Assembly (NCBI GenBank): GCA_009914755.4
Contig: CP068257.2
Location: 21,248,001 to 21,312,000 of the forward strand
DNA: 64,000 nt
DNA from: the human T2T-CHM13v2.0 reference genome, Homo sapiens
Direction: 5' to 3'
Shown: positions 1-14,973 of the stretch, in pieces
How the letters are laid out: each line of letters opens with the position of its first letter
How positions within the stretch are numbered: the stretch's first letter is position 1
Position numbers and translations under genes: made by a program
The notes under the pieces: model-generated
Database searches by the model: none
What the model was told of the DNA's origin: nothing
Seen by the model: the letters and a program-made list of their open reading frames with translations, nothing else

Positions 1-2386
1 GTCAACTTTTGAGGCAACATGTACACATTACATACATTGTGTGCTTAGTACATGCATGTGCTTATGTGCTAAGAAGAACCCTACGTGAGCAAACAATGAT
101 CTTTTCCTAAAAAAGAGTTCCTGACCACTAAGCAAAAATTCATGCAGGTATGCTCACAAAGAAAAAAAAAATAGATGTAAAAATGACACAATTTATTACA
201 GGTATTAATTCGAATGGTCAGTAGGAGAAGCAACAAGGAAGTAATAACTGGTAGCACTCTAGAGCCCACAGGCAAATGCTGGAATTCTCTAGCACAGATA
301 ATCCTGTAATCATGTAATAATTTGATCTTTTGAGATAATGAACTCACTCCTGAAATAACTGTATCAATCCATTGATGAGGGCTGAGCACTTATGATCTAA
401 TCACCTCTTAGGTGTCCTATTAATGCCATCACATTGGGGATAAAGTTTCAACACAAGTTTTGAAGGAGAAATTCAAACTGTAGCACTGAATAAGCCGAAA
501 GAGTGTCAGTTTTAAATAATTAAAATGCTTACCTCAAGTCATTGCACATAATGAATCACTTTTTTGTGCCTGATCTGAATTATTTTCTCACTGCTTTTAG
601 CAGTAAGGACAAGATAAACCAAAAATTGGAGATCGACTATGTGTGTTGAAGAGCTTCATTGACTGAATTTAGAGTCTCCCAAGTTCTTGAAAGTGAAAGG
701 TATGGCTTGGAATGGGAAAGAGGGATACCTACACCATTGATTTGGACATATCTCCAAGGTTATAGAAAGTTTGAATACCAGGAGTTAGTAAACTAATGTC
801 CATGGCCAGATAGGTCCACAGCCTCTTTTTGTGTAGCCATTGAGCTAAGAATTGTACATTTTTTTTAATGAATTGTGCAAAAGAAAACAGAATAATTTGC
901 CTAACATACTATTTTTACTTTTGCAGAAAAAGTTTGCCAATCCCTGACCTAATGCCCCTAGAAAAACATCTTCCTTTCAATTTTCTTTGCCAGAGTAAGG
1001 AAAAAATCCCCCTCTTTCACTCATATCTATGTGCCAACGCTGTAATCAGATACTAATCAGTATCAGCATTTCTTGTGGGGTAGAATGAAAACAACCTTAG
1101 TGAGTAAGACAAGATGTATTTCCAGAAAGAATTGCTGGATTTTGTTGATTTATATTGTCAGAATTGTCGGAAATACTTCCTGGAGTTCATGCCAAGGAAG
1201 AAAATGTTGAACTGTGGATTCAGATATTTTTTAAATATCTATGTGGGTTTGTAAAATGTAATGTGTGTCTGTATTTGGTGTACTAGTTGGTGCAGGGAGC
1301 CAAAATTCCAAAAATTTGCAGTTTGACAAGATTCATAATGGTACTTCAAACCAGGAAAGTAAGTTGAAGATACTGCAAATGAAATGTACTCTCTCATCTC
1401 AGCAGGAATGGGAGGGAATTTGCAGAGCCAATGTGGTAACCATTAAGTAACTTCTAGCTTCTGGAATAAAGAATCTTAAATTCCACAATAGTCTGTGTTA
1501 AGGTGACTTCTCTGTTAGGTCCCCAGGGAGGAAGTAGCAGAGGGCAAGGGTCCTACTTAGTGTTTCTATCAGTTAGAGGAAACAATTCAAGCTTTCAAAG
1601 CACCACATTTGCATTTAACTCCATCAAGTCACAGAAGTGATAATACCAGTAGCCTGAATTGTAGTCTCCTAGACTTGGTGCATTAGTATTAGGTATACTA
1701 GCTGAGTCAGTGTGGATTAAAATAATTTAATTTACTCATACTTTGTTGCAACCACATTGTCAAAGGCATATGTATTTTTTTCTGACGTATTTCCAAGCAC
1801 TTAGGTTTAGTATATTCTTTTTAATTTATGACCCCAGGCCATGCACTAGTGACATATTTTTATCCATTAAACAAAGACTTACTAACCTCTTTCAGAGACA
1901 TCAGTTCAGTAGGGAATTCAATATATAATGGTGTTCACTTGAACCTTTATTACTCTACTTCAGTTGCATGTAGTTCTTTTAAAAAAATATGGTCATTAAC
2001 ATGGAAGTGGAATAAAACAGAAGCCCAAAGCTTTAAATTTGGATGTCCTCAGTCAAGAATAAAAATGTATGTCTGTATGCATGCCTATTATTTTAAATGT
2101 GTATTAAACAGTCTATTAAGCAATATGGATTCTGTCCTCCCTCCACTTTCACAAGTTTATTTTTAAAATGACAGAGATGGTCAGATTTAAACTTAGATTT
2201 CATGTATTTTTTTTTGTTCTAGGCCAGAACAAGGCATTGTGGAACAAACCAGTCCTGTGTTCCATCAACCTTTTTCAGTTTGCTCTCCTTTTCCTACAAT
2301 GGGTCTTGTGTGGGCATATGTATACATCTCAGTCTGCTTGTCAAAAATCCATCTAAGTGTCTGTCCCTTGGCCACCATTTGGACTC

Positions 2387-2438
2387 CTGATGTGGACACT
2401 GGTGTATTCTGATGTGGACACTGGTGTATTCTGATGTG
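2387..2438. repeat. Tandem duplication of a 22-bp unit (ctgatgtggacactggtgtatt), 2.4 copies
   Basis: Two perfect adjacent copies plus a partial third are directly visible in the sequence. Confidence 0.9.
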
Positions 2439-3440
2439 AAGGAGAGAAAAAGAAAATATGTTTGCACAGATAATGGAAATAGTTATGGTGTTATTGGGGA
2501 AGAGAATTCCATGATCTCATAATTGCGTATGCCAAAAGGAAAGGCTGGAATTGCATAGGCAATGTACATCTTATTATTAGCCATTTTTGCTTCTGTTTTT
2601 AGGCTCTCTACATTGTGAGAAAGAGCCAAGGGGCCACTCTTCTAATAGAATTAAAGTCTAACGGCAGTGTATGCTCAGAAGCTGGTGTAGCAGCTAGGAG
2701 AAAGTCTCACTTTAGTCTTAACCAGACTATCTGTTCCATTGTACGGTCATATGGCCACAGCAATATAAACAAATGGCAGTGTCCTTGCCAACTGCTTTTA
2801 TATAATTTTAAATACATGTAGCATATATATATATATTTAGTATATATGTTTACTATACTAAACATATATCAAGGTTAACAAAGGTATAACAACTTACACA
2901 GCGATTCCCAGGCTTACAGGCTTTACAACTATACACAGCAAAGAATTTTTATATACCTATTAATTAACATAAAATTATTCCCAATTCATCCACTAATACA
3001 TTTCCTTTTAATCCGTGTGCTGCAATATCTGAGTGGATGAAGAACAAATGGTCACAGTATTGAATATTTAATTAATTAATGGTCTCTTTATTCTGTTCAG
3101 TTCCAACAGCCTGGAATTTGTATTATCAGTGGAGTTGCATGTAAAGAGAACATAATTAGTACTGATTCATATCACTTGTAATGCCCTAAAAGAGCTGCAC
3201 ACTAGTTAGACACTCTCATTTAGATTCCTAGAGCTGCCTTTATGTCTACTTCCCTAGTTGTGGTTGGGAAGCTTTTCCTTAAATTATACTATTTCAAAAT
3301 TAAATAATCAACATCATCATCATCATAATCATCAACGTTGTTGCTTTCATTATTCAGAATTTGTCTCAGCAGCCTGTGTAATATTTACTCGTAGCCTTGG
3401 CTGGGTAAAGAATTTGATTCAAAGAATTCATTGGTTCAAT

Positions 3441-4938
3441 TTTTATTATTATTATTATTATTATACTTTAAGTTCTAGGGTACATGTGCACAACGTGCAG
3501 GTTTGTTACATATGTATACACGTGCCATGTTGGTGTGCTGCACCCATTAACTCATCACTTACATTAGGAATATCTCCTAATGTTACCCCTCCCCCTTCTC
3601 CCCACCCCATGACAGGCCCCATTGTGTGATGTTCCCCTTCCTGTGTCTAAGTGTTTTCATTGTTCAATTCTTACCTATGAGTGAGAACATGCGGTGTTTG
3701 GTTTTCTGTCCCTGTGATAGTTTGCTGAGAATGATGGTTTCCAGCTTCATCCATGTCCCTACAAAGGACATGAACTCATCCTTTTTTATGGCGGAATAGT
3801 ATTCCATAGTGTATGTGTGCCACATTTTCCTAATCCAGTCTGTCATTGATGGACATTTGGGTTGGTTCCAAGTCTGCTATTGTGAATAGTGCCCCAATAA
3901 ACATACGTGTGCATGTGCCTTTACAGAAGCATTATTTATAAACCTTTCGATACATACCCAGTAATGGGATGGCTGGGTCAAATGGTATTTCTAGTTCTAG
4001 ATCCTTGAGGAATTGCCACACTGTCTTCCACAATGGTTGAACTAGCTTACAGACCCACCACAGTGTAAAAGTGTTCCTATTTCTCCACATCCTCTCCAGC
4101 ACCTGTTGTTTCCTGACTTTTTAATGGTTGCCATTCTAACTGGTGTGAGATGGTATCTCATTGTGGTTTTGATTTGCATTTCTCTGATGGCCAGTGATGA
4201 CGAGCATTTTTTCATGTGTCTATTGGCTGCATAAATGTCTTCTTTTGAGAAGTGTCTGTTCATATCCTTTGCCCACTTTTTGATGGGGTTGTTTGATTTT
4301 TTTCTTGTAAATTTCTTTAAGTTCTTTGTAGATTCTAGATATTAGCCCTTTGTCAGATGAGTAGATTGCAAAAATTTTCTCCCATTCTGTAGGTTGCCTG
4401 TTCACTCTGATGGTAGTTTCTTTTGCTGTGCAGAAGCTCTTTAGTTTAATTAGATCCCATTTGTCAATTTTGGCTTTTGTTGCCATTGCTTTTGGTGTTT
4501 TAGTCATGAAGTCCTTGCCCATGCCTATGCCCTGAATGGTATTGCCTAGGTTTTCTTCTACGGTTTTTATGGTTTTAGGTCTAACATTTAAGTCTTTAAT
4601 CCATCTTGAATTAATTTTTATAAGATGTAAGGAAGGGATCCAGTTGCAGCTTTCTACATATGGCTAGCCAGTTTTCCCAGCACCATTTATTAAATAGGGA
4701 ATCCTTTCCCCATTTCTTGTTTTTATCAGGTTTGCCAAAGATCAGATGGTTGTAGACGTGTGGTATTATTTCTGAGGGATCTGTTCTGTTCCGTTGGTCT
4801 ATACCTCTGTTTTGGTACCAGTACCATGCTGTTTTGGTTACTGTAACCTTGTGGTATAGTTTGAAGTCAGGTAGCGTGATGCCTCCAGCTTTGTTCTTTT
4901 GGCTTAGGATTGTCTTGGCAATGCGGGCTCTTTTTATT
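3441..4938 (-). mobile_element. LINE-1 (L1PA-type) 3' fragment of about 1.5 kb: ORF2 C-terminal region plus 3'UTR, 5'-truncated, with the tail rendered as (TTA)n
   Basis: Reverse complement matches the L1 3'UTR end (ttaagttctagggtacatgtgcacaacgtgcaggtt...) and the ORF2 C-terminal coding region (the minus-strand ORF at 4611-4949 encodes the L1 motif ...[27 protein letters not shown]...). A possible imperfect 15-bp TSD, attcaattgttca versus attcattggttca, flanks it. Confidence 0.92.
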
Positions 4939-6058
4939 AGAACATGCATTCAATTGTTCACTAAAATCTCATTTTCTCATAATAAGTTCTTATACTGAAG
5001 AGTAATTTAACAAATTCAACACCTTCATAAAAACTTTCAGCAACTAGAGATAGAAGAGAAATTCCTCACCCTGATAATGGGAAACCTATATACAACCCAC
5101 ACCCTCCTAGTCTTGAAAGACTGAACACTTACTACCACTTTAATTCACTACTATGTGGGAGATCCTGCATACATGCATATAGATTGGAAAATAAGTAAAA
5201 CATATTTTTTTTACAAACATTATTGTGTATGTAGAAAAGGCTAAGTAATTGATGCAACAATCTAGTAACAGTTAAAATTTAAGTTTGCAAGATACAAAAT
5301 TACCATACAAATAACAATTGTATGCCCATGAGCTAGTAATTAAAATGAAAATACTTTCTAAATATAAAATTTTAATACCATAAAATATGAATAACTACAA
5401 ATAAATTTTACACAGTATATGTAATAACTGTACACTGAAAACCATAACATTTCCCTGGGGAAACTTAAAAAGAATACAAATTAGAGTAGAGATATGCTTT
5501 CTAGGTTAGAAGCATACTGTTGTTAAAATTTCAATTGTGTAAATTTCATCTATGAATGCAAAGCAATTTCAATCAAAATCCTAGGAGACGTTTCTTTTTT
5601 AGTTGAAATGGACAACTATAAAATTTATGTGAAAATGCAAAGGGCCAAAGCAGACAAAGTATTTTTGAAAAATAAAGTTGCTGGAGGATTTATACTACCT
5701 GGCTTTAATAGTTAATACAAAATTCATTTCAAGAGTTAATGAAGACAGGTGGGCTTAAACTATTCTAAAGTATATTTTACTTTATATATTTTTTGAATAA
5801 AGTCAGATACTCTCACTCAGTTTTTAAATTAACTCAACAGATAATTTTCTATCTCTACCACTACCCTGAAACTTCACTAAAATTAGAACCAAGTTTCCCT
5901 TCATAAGTAAGATCTGTATCTTCATAGACACTTGTACAGAGTTGATTTGGCCAATTGTTTTTTAATAAAGATACCAAGATAATTCAAAGAGAGAAGGATA
6001 GGTTTTCCAAAATATCATGCTGAAAGAACTGATTAACCAAATGGAATATATATAAATA

Positions 6059-6090
6059 CGTGTGTGTGTGTGTGTGTCTGTCTGTGTGTA
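6059..6090. repeat. (GT)n / (CTGT) compound microsatellite
   Basis: The run tgtgtgtgtgtgtgtgtctgtctgtgtgt is directly visible. Confidence 0.9.
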
Positions 6091-6361
6091 TAAATTATAA
6101 ACCTTATACAAAACATTTTTTAAAAAAGTAGCTTACGTGTAAGTTAAATATAATAGCTGATTCTAAAACATTACTGAAAGAAAACATAGGAAAAAGTTCT
6201 TATAACCTTAGGTAGGACAAAAAGGCATTAATAACTAAAAATAAATAAACAAATAAAAAAGAATATTGATGCTGTTTACATGCCAAATCTTGGAATTCTC
6301 GACTTCAGCCATAACCATCTCTCTGCTTAGATTCATTCCCTGCTATATTAAATCCCTGGAG

Positions 6362-6795
6362 CTTGCGTAACAAATTACCACAGGCCAGGTGACTGAAAGC
6401 AGCAGGGATTTGTTCTCTCACAGTTTTGCAGGGCAAAATTTAGAAATCAAGTGTTGCTAGGTCCATGCTTCCTTTGAAGGCTTTAGGGAAGCATCCTTCC
6501 AAGCTTCCTAGCTTCTGGTGGCTTCTAGCAATCATCGGTATCCCTTGGTCTGTAGCTGAATAACTCCAATCTCTGTCTCTCTTATCATATGACCTTCTTT
6601 CCTATGCATATCTCTGTGTCTCTTCTTCCCTTTTTATTAAGTACACTAAGTATTGATTTTAGGACCCACCCTAATCTAGTGTGACATCATCTTAACTAAT
6701 TACATCTGCAAAGGCCGTATTTCCACATAAGGTCACATTGTGAGGTCCTGGGTAGACATGAATTTTTGAGGGACACCATGCAATTCAATACTCTT
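6362..6795 (+). mobile_element. MaLR solo LTR, MLT1-like
   Basis: Starts gtaacaaattaccaca, has an internal ...agcttctggtggcttctagcaatc... segment, and ends ...aggacccaccctaat...catctgcaaaggccgtatttccacataaggtcacattgtgaggtcctggg...tttttgagggacacc...caattcaa. These are the characteristic conserved blocks of MLT1/MST/THE LTR consensus as recalled from memory. Confidence 0.6.
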
Positions 6796-7308
6796 ACCTA
6801 GGATGTTTTCTTTACTCCCTTACATATGTTTCCTTTCCTAAGGATATTCCATTAACAAATGATGTCTCACGCTATGCTTTTAATGAATTTGTCCCTAAGA
6901 CAATGTTATATCCCTGGAAACTACCAAAGTGTTTGGCACATAATGGATACATAACTAAGTATCCCTTATCTGCAAGGAATATGTTCCAAGACCCCCAGTG
7001 AATTCCTGAAATGGCGAATAGCATCAAACTATGTAAATACTCTTTTGCGATGTGGTAATCAAGTTGGCTACTAAGTGACTAAAGGGTAGGTAGTGTCTAC
7101 AGCATAATATGCTAGACAATGGGATGATTCAGATCCTGGGAAAGACATAGTGATATGGCATGGGATTTCTTCATGCTACTCAGAAAGGCTACAATTTAAA
7201 ATGTGTATTTTTTATTTCTGGAATTTTCCATTTAATATTTTTAGACCGCATTTGACTGCAGTTAACTGTAACCATGAAAAGAGGAACCACTAAGGGAGGA
7301 TGACTATA

Positions 7309-7334
7309 TGTGTGTGTGTGTGTGTGTGTGTGTC
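7309..7334. repeat. (TG)13 microsatellite
   Basis: The run is directly visible. Confidence 0.9.
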
Positions 7335-8289
7335 TGCACGCGCATGAATGATAAAAAGTGGAACCTATCAGGAATTTGGGAAATATGTGTGAACAGGATC
7401 CAGTAAATATGAGAAGAAAGTGCATAGGTGATAGTTTTGATTGGGGCATAATCTTGGCAACAATTTCTGGAGGCAAATTTGGCCTATGAAACACTGAAAG
7501 CTATTTATTAAGTACCTGCTATTAAAGCAAGATATGTTAGTAGAACAATACTGACAAATATTTCTGCCCTTAGGAAGGTTACATTTTAGTGAAAAAGCAT
7601 ATGAAATATTTACATTCTCTAAAAGTGAGTATGTTATAAGTGCTATGAAAAAATGCTCAAGAAAAAGATGTCTGGAGGATAACGTATGGTGGGATAAATT
7701 GTGTTATGTTTAGAGCATAGTACAGTGTTACTCAGATTGCCAGATGACAGCGATTGCCTATTCAAATCAGAGGTGGACAAACTTGCAGGGGCTCAAGTGC
7801 CTGAAAAAATGGCAAATTCACAAGGCCTGACAAGATGGCAAGGCAATTACAGGTTGTATTGTACAGAAAACAGTAATCTACCAGTGACTTTAAAACTCAC
7901 ACTTGAGAGCTGCTCTGATGATCAGTTTTAAAGTGTCAACTTGACCGGGAAATGGGTTGCCCAGATATTTGCTTAAACATTACTTCTGAATGTGTCTGTG
8001 AGGATGTTTCTGGGTGAGATTAACATTTAAATCAGTAGACTGAGTAGATTGTCCTCCTCCATGTGGATGGGCCTCATCTAATCTGTTGAAGACGTGGATA
8101 GAATAAAAGGCTGAGTAAGAAAGAATTATTTCTCTCTGCCTTACTGTTTCAAACTGGGACATCAGTCTTCTGTCTTCGGGCTTGGATTCAGACTGCAACT
8201 ATACCATGAACTCTCCTGAGTCTCCAGCTTGCCAACTGTAGACAATGAACTTTCCACTTAATTCATAAGCCGATTCCTAATAATAAATC

Positions 8290-8388
8290 TGTATCTATGT
8301 CTATATCTATATGTATGTATGTCTGTCTGTCTATATATCTATCTATCTATCTATCTATCGATCTATCTATCTACCTATCCAATTGGTT
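8290..8388. repeat. Compound tetranucleotide microsatellite (TATC/TCTA/TCTG)n with a core of about 10 (ATCT) units
   Basis: The run ...ctgtctgtctatatatctatctatctatctatctatcgatctatctatctacctatcc is directly visible. Confidence 0.9.
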
Positions 8389-9007
8389 CTGTTTCTCTGA
8401 AGAAACCAACTATAATGACTTTGTTGGAGATTTGGAGATCTGTATTTCTAACATGGCATCCCATCCAAATTAAATTGTTATTAAATTTCTCCTGGTTATA
8501 TTTTTTACCCATGAGGGAAATTACATATTACTTACAATAGAGATGAAAACAGAAAGAGCATAAAACAAGTGAAGCCTGTCAAATGGAGGGAAAAGACACT
8601 GACATGGTCGGTTATCACCAAGTTACATTATCAACTCCATGTAAAACTCTTATAGGTTTCACTACTTCCCAAGTCAATAAAGACTCCAAAAGTAAAAGAA
8701 GGTCATTTGATAAAACAAGAAAATAAACCTATCTTAATTGTTCATAATGATTTTGTTTTGCATTTTAACCATTTTTTTTTTATTATCCTCACAAATAATA
8801 ACACTAAGTCAAGTCATGAGTCAAATACTAATCTTTAGGCCAAGACAAAACAACCAACTATATGCCTCTTCAAATTATTTAAAAAATGATAAAATTAAGG
8901 AATTTGAAATATTATCTATATGTGTAGAATCTGTGAGAGAAACAAAATAATTTCCTACTTCAGCCATTGTATATATACTAGCTTTGTTTGAATTGTCATC
9001 TTACTAA

Positions 9008-9289
<282 letters not shown>

Positions 9290-10014
9290 TAAGACCAGAA
9301 AAGAAAAACAGTGGGCAATTTCCTTTTCACCTCATTTTATCTATGCAACTCTATACCATTTTCATTTTAGGAGACTATAGAAGTGTGGAGTCTATTTTCA
9401 GGTATATCTATAATTACCAATTTTATTCTAATATATCAGCAAAATTCTTTCACATGACCACATGAGTCAGGAATCTGGGGACTATGTTAATCACATTATA
9501 AAACAGAAACACTCTGAAAGGTCAGTTCCTTCTTGCCTAATCCGATATTCAGAGCCTGTTCCTGAGTCACGGTAGGACAGGAAAAAAAACAACTGATGTA
9601 AAGTTTCCTGAAGTGTTTAATCAACACAATCCAGACTAAAGCCTGAAAAAACATTTACTGTCAATGTCCATTAGCCTAGGAGAGTTTTCTGAGCTCATAG
9701 AAGAAAAGAGGCTGTTTTCCTTCACCAAACAAGAGGGCACCTTGCTCATTCATTCTGGGTCCTTAAGAAAAAAAAGTGGATGAATTTTGTATGTTTAAAA
9801 CAGGCAAGGAAAAAAAGAAAGCAAAAATATATTTACAGTAGACTTTCCGTATCCACCAACCACAGCTGGAAAATATTCAGGAAAAAATAAAAATAAAAAA
9901 ACGTAACAATAAAAGCCAATACAAATAAAAAATACAATATAACAACTATTTCCATGGCATTTACATTTCATTAGTTATTGTAGGTAATCTGCAGAGGATT
10001 TAAAGTATAAAGGT

Positions 10015-10351
<337 letters not shown>

Positions 10352-11481
10352 TTATATAAGCGACTTGAGTGCCCACAGATTTTGGTGTCTGCAGGGGCCC
10401 TGGAACCAATCTCCTGCAGATATTGAGGGATGACTGTCTACTTTCCAGACGAATTTAAAATCTTTGGTCCAAATAACAGCAGAATAAATAAATCCTATGC
10501 TGTTAGCTACTATTGTTTTGGTTAAATGGCAGGCATTTAGAGTTGAAAAAATAGTTAGCTTACTAGAGGGCAGGAAGAGACAAACTAGCCTTGACAATTC
10601 TGTAAAAATGTTGTCAAACGGAGCAAGTGGCTGGTATTCAGAGGTGACTGAGTATACTTTTCACTGTGGTTGCATTCTCATTGATGACAAACCGAACATC
10701 AAAAATAAGGGTTGGATGGGCTTTGATATCACGTTAATTAAACATTAGGATGACATGATTCAAATCAGTTATTTAAATCTATATTAGAATAACTTAGTGA
10801 TCCAGAGTACTTTTTATAAAACTAAACCAAATGTAATGTAGTTCATATATAATATGCTTTTTGTACTAGCATGAATAGGTAGATGTACTTATATATGTGT
10901 GTCTATGTGTGTGTGAATACACACATATGGACATTAAAGGCAAATGTTCATCATTAAGTTGTTGAAAGAGGACATAAAAGAATATTATGTATGTTGCATG
11001 TATGTAACATACATAACATAATACAGGCTGAGCCTGTCAGAACATTTTAGTAAATAAGGCAACACGTATCTGATGGTGGTACCATAAAATTACAATGGAG
11101 CTGAAAAATTCCTATCACCTAGTGACAGTGTAACCATCATGCTGTCCTCAAATAATGCATTACTCACGTTTGTGGTGATGCTGATGTAAAAAAAACCTAG
11201 GATACTTCCAGTCGTATAAACTTGTAGCAATACAATTATGTACAATACATAATGATAATAAATGACTATGTTGCTGATTTATATATTTAAATATTTACTA
11301 TATTTTCTATCTTTGTATTACAGTATACTCCTTCTACTTATTAAAAAAAGTTGACCATAAAATAACTCAGGCATGTCCTTGAGGAGGTGCTTCAGAAGAA
11401 AGTATTATTATCAGAGGATGACATTTCCATGCCTGTTATTGCCCCTGAAGATCTTGCAGTGGGACAAGATGTGAAAGTGGA

Positions 11482-11823
<342 letters not shown>

Positions 11824-12253
11824 AAAGTGGAATACAGTGATATTGATTATCCTCACCGTGTACAGGCCTAGGCTGATGTATGTGTTTGTGTCTTAGTTTT
11901 TAACTGAAAATTCTAAAAAGTAAAGAAAAACAGAAAAAAATGTAGAATAAAGATATAAATAAAATATTTTTTGTGCAGCTGTGCAATGTGTTTAATTTTT
12001 AAGCTAAGTATTATTACAAAAATCAAAAAGCTAAATAAATTAAAACTTTTATAAAGTAAAAAGTTACAGTAAGCTAAGGTTAATGTCTTATTGAAGAAAG
12101 AAAATTTTTTATAATTTAGTGTAGCCTAAATGTACTGTATTTATAAAGTTTATAGTAGTATATAGTAATGTCTAAGGCCTTCCCATTCACTCACCACTCA
12201 CTCACTGATTCACCCAAAGTAACTTCCAGTCCTGCAAGCTTCATTCATGGTAA

Positions 12254-12647
<394 letters not shown>

Positions 12648-12657
12648 TTACTGTATC

Positions 12658-12683
12658 ATAGATAGATAGATAGATAGATAGAT

Positions 12684-12720
<37 letters not shown>
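12658..12720. repeat. (GATA)n tetranucleotide microsatellite of about 15 units, with one GAT interruption
   Basis: Directly visible, immediately abutting the Alu target site. Confidence 0.95.
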
Positions 12721-13192
12721 GAATATAGTTGCCTACAATATTCAGCACAGTAACATGCTATATAGGTCTGTAGCTTGGGAGCAATAGGCTGTAATATCAT
12801 ATTGTCTAGGTGTGTAGAAGGCTATACCTTCTAAGCTTGTGTAAGTATACTCTGTGATGTTCACAAAATTGCAAAATCCCCTAAGGATGGATTTCTCAAG
12901 ACATATCATCATCATTAAGCAATGCCTAACTGTGCTTTACTTTTTGTTTCCCACTTGTAACATTGTTTTTCTTTTTGTAAGATATAAACTATTATGATTC
13001 TTTGTGGATGAATGCACATTAATCATCACCAATATAAAAAATACCATCAAGATCAAAGTTAGAAGTGGCACTATATGTAAAAATTGTGTGTCTCTAATTT
13101 TATAAAAAGTTTAAAATGATCACTAGGTGATTCCAGACACATAAGGCCTCAATGGCAGAAACCATATGAAAATTACAAAGTTAATATTTAAA

Positions 13193-13518
13193 GACCCGGC
13201 ATGGTGGCTCATGCCTGTAATCCCAGCACTTTGGGAGGTCAAAGTGGGAGGATTGTTTGAACCCAGGAATTCAGGACGAGCCTGGGTAACATGACAGAAA
13301 ACCATCTTTACAAAAAATACAAACATTACCCTGGCTTGGTGGCATGCACCTGTAGTCCCAGATACTTGGGAGGCTGAGATGGGACGACCCCTTGAGCCCA
13401 AGAGATTGAGGTGGCAGTGAGTCAAGAGTCATGAGGTGGCAGTGAGTCATGTAGGGCACTGCCCTACAGCCTGGGTGAAGGAGTGAGACCCTTTCTCGAA
13501 ACAACAATAACAAAACAC
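13193..13518 (+). mobile_element. Alu, older AluJ-like and fairly diverged, with an internal 20-bp tandem duplication
   Basis: Sequence runs ggcatggtggctcatgcctgtaatcccagcactttgggaggtcaaagtgggaggattgtttgaacccaggaattcaggac...cctgggtgaaggagtgagaccctttctc. The cttgagcccaagag-type right arm is typical of AluJ/Sx. The block gtggcagtgagtca is duplicated at 13411-13450. Confidence 0.9.
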
Positions 13519-13982
13519 ACCAGTAATAATTTTACTAATATATTTGATTTGTAAGGCAAATAAATATAAACTTTAGGAGTCCCACCATTAAGCGGACAGT
13601 ATTGTAATGAAATCTCAGCATTTGGCTCAGATGGAACTCCTTTATATCTACCAGGAACATCACGGCAGCATTTGCACAATGGGCTATAGAACGATGGAGT
13701 GGCATAATTGCTGCCTCACTGAAGCGTGAATGCAGCCTAATTAACAGGATTGAAACTGCTACACTCAAAATCTCATTGCATTTATCTTCTTTTGCTTACT
13801 TTCTATAGGTAGGGTGGTCACCGAAGTGTTGCTTCTCATTGACATGCTGCAGTGTTTTTAGTCCACCTGCTTCATCTTGACCTCTGTCTTAGGATGCCAT
13901 GTAAGCAACTCTCTTTTTGCTCGAGTATTCTAATTAAATCTTATTGTCTAATTGAGATAGTGGTATACAGAGCAATTGAAAA

Positions 13983-14276
13983 TGTTCTATCCCAAGAGAA
14001 AACCAAACACCACATGTTCTCACTCATAAGTGGGAGTTGAACAATGAGAACACATGGACACAGGGAGCTGAACATGACACACCAGGGCCTGTCGGGCAGT
14101 GGGGGGCTAGGGGAGGGAGAGCATTAGGAGAAATACCTAATGTAGATGACGGGTTGATGGGTAAAGCAAACCACCATGGCACGTGTATACCTATGTAACA
14201 AACCTGCACATTCTGCACGTGTATCCCAGAACTTAAAGTATAATAAAAAAAAAAGAACAAAAAAAAAAAAGAAAAA
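13983..14276 (+). mobile_element. LINE-1 terminal 3'UTR fragment of about 290 bp with an A-rich tail
   Basis: Sequence runs ccaagagaaaaccaaacaccacatgttctcactcataagtgggagttgaacaatgagaacacatggacacag ... acctgcacattctgcacgtgtatcccagaacttaaagtataataaaaaaaaaag. Confidence 0.9.
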
Positions 14277-14940
14277 ATGTTCCAACCCTTCTGCTCTAAA
14301 GGGTAGATAGAAGCAATTATGAAAATCCATCTGCCAATTGCCTTTAAGATAGTGTTTCCTGCCAATACACTTTCATTCACTTCAATAAATCCCTGGCTGA
14401 ATTCTTTGATACCATTTTTTAATAGAAAAAATAAAATTATAACAAGAAAAAATAAATGGAGATGAAGATAAATTAAACTTTCCTTCCTTGATGGTGATCA
14501 TTCTTTAAAAAAAAAAAATCAGTTAATTTGTTTTCTTCAGGTTACCAGTCCAATTTTGCTTATTTCTTTCACTCTCTTCGTAAAGGACCAAGCCACTGCT
14601 TTGTTGTATGAAAATAATATTTTAAGACATTATAACAAGATTATTTGTTTGGCTTTGTGAAGGGGCATGTAATGGAACACCAGAAATCCTAAACTGTAAT
14701 TTAGGATGTCATTAAAAGCTTGACTAGGGCAGGATATTTATATTTCTAGGCCTTCTTATTTTTTGAAAATTATGAGAAGGCATGAATAAATGACTTTTAG
14801 AAACTCATTAACTTTAATATTTCTGTGGTTTCATTTATATTTGCTCCTTGGCCAGCTGCAATAATACAAGTAGGTCCATGCTGAAATCAAAACATATTTC
14901 TTTAGATCTGTAATTAAAGTTATGATAAAGATCCTCTGAC

Positions 14941-14973
14941 ATATATATATATATATATATTTTTTTTTTTTCT
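14941..14973. repeat. (AT)10(T)13 simple repeat
   Basis: Directly visible. Confidence 0.9.

Noticed and set aside
4220-4949. Minus-strand ORFs of 100-112 aa at 4220-4522 and 4611-4949
   Set aside because: They are the C-terminal ORF2 coding region of the antisense L1 fragment at 3441-4938.
8290-8388. Regularly spaced short repeats, (TATC)n here and (GATA)n at 12658-12720, considered as a possible CRISPR-like array
   Set aside because: The unit length is 4 bp with no spacers. These are ordinary eukaryotic tetranucleotide microsatellites.
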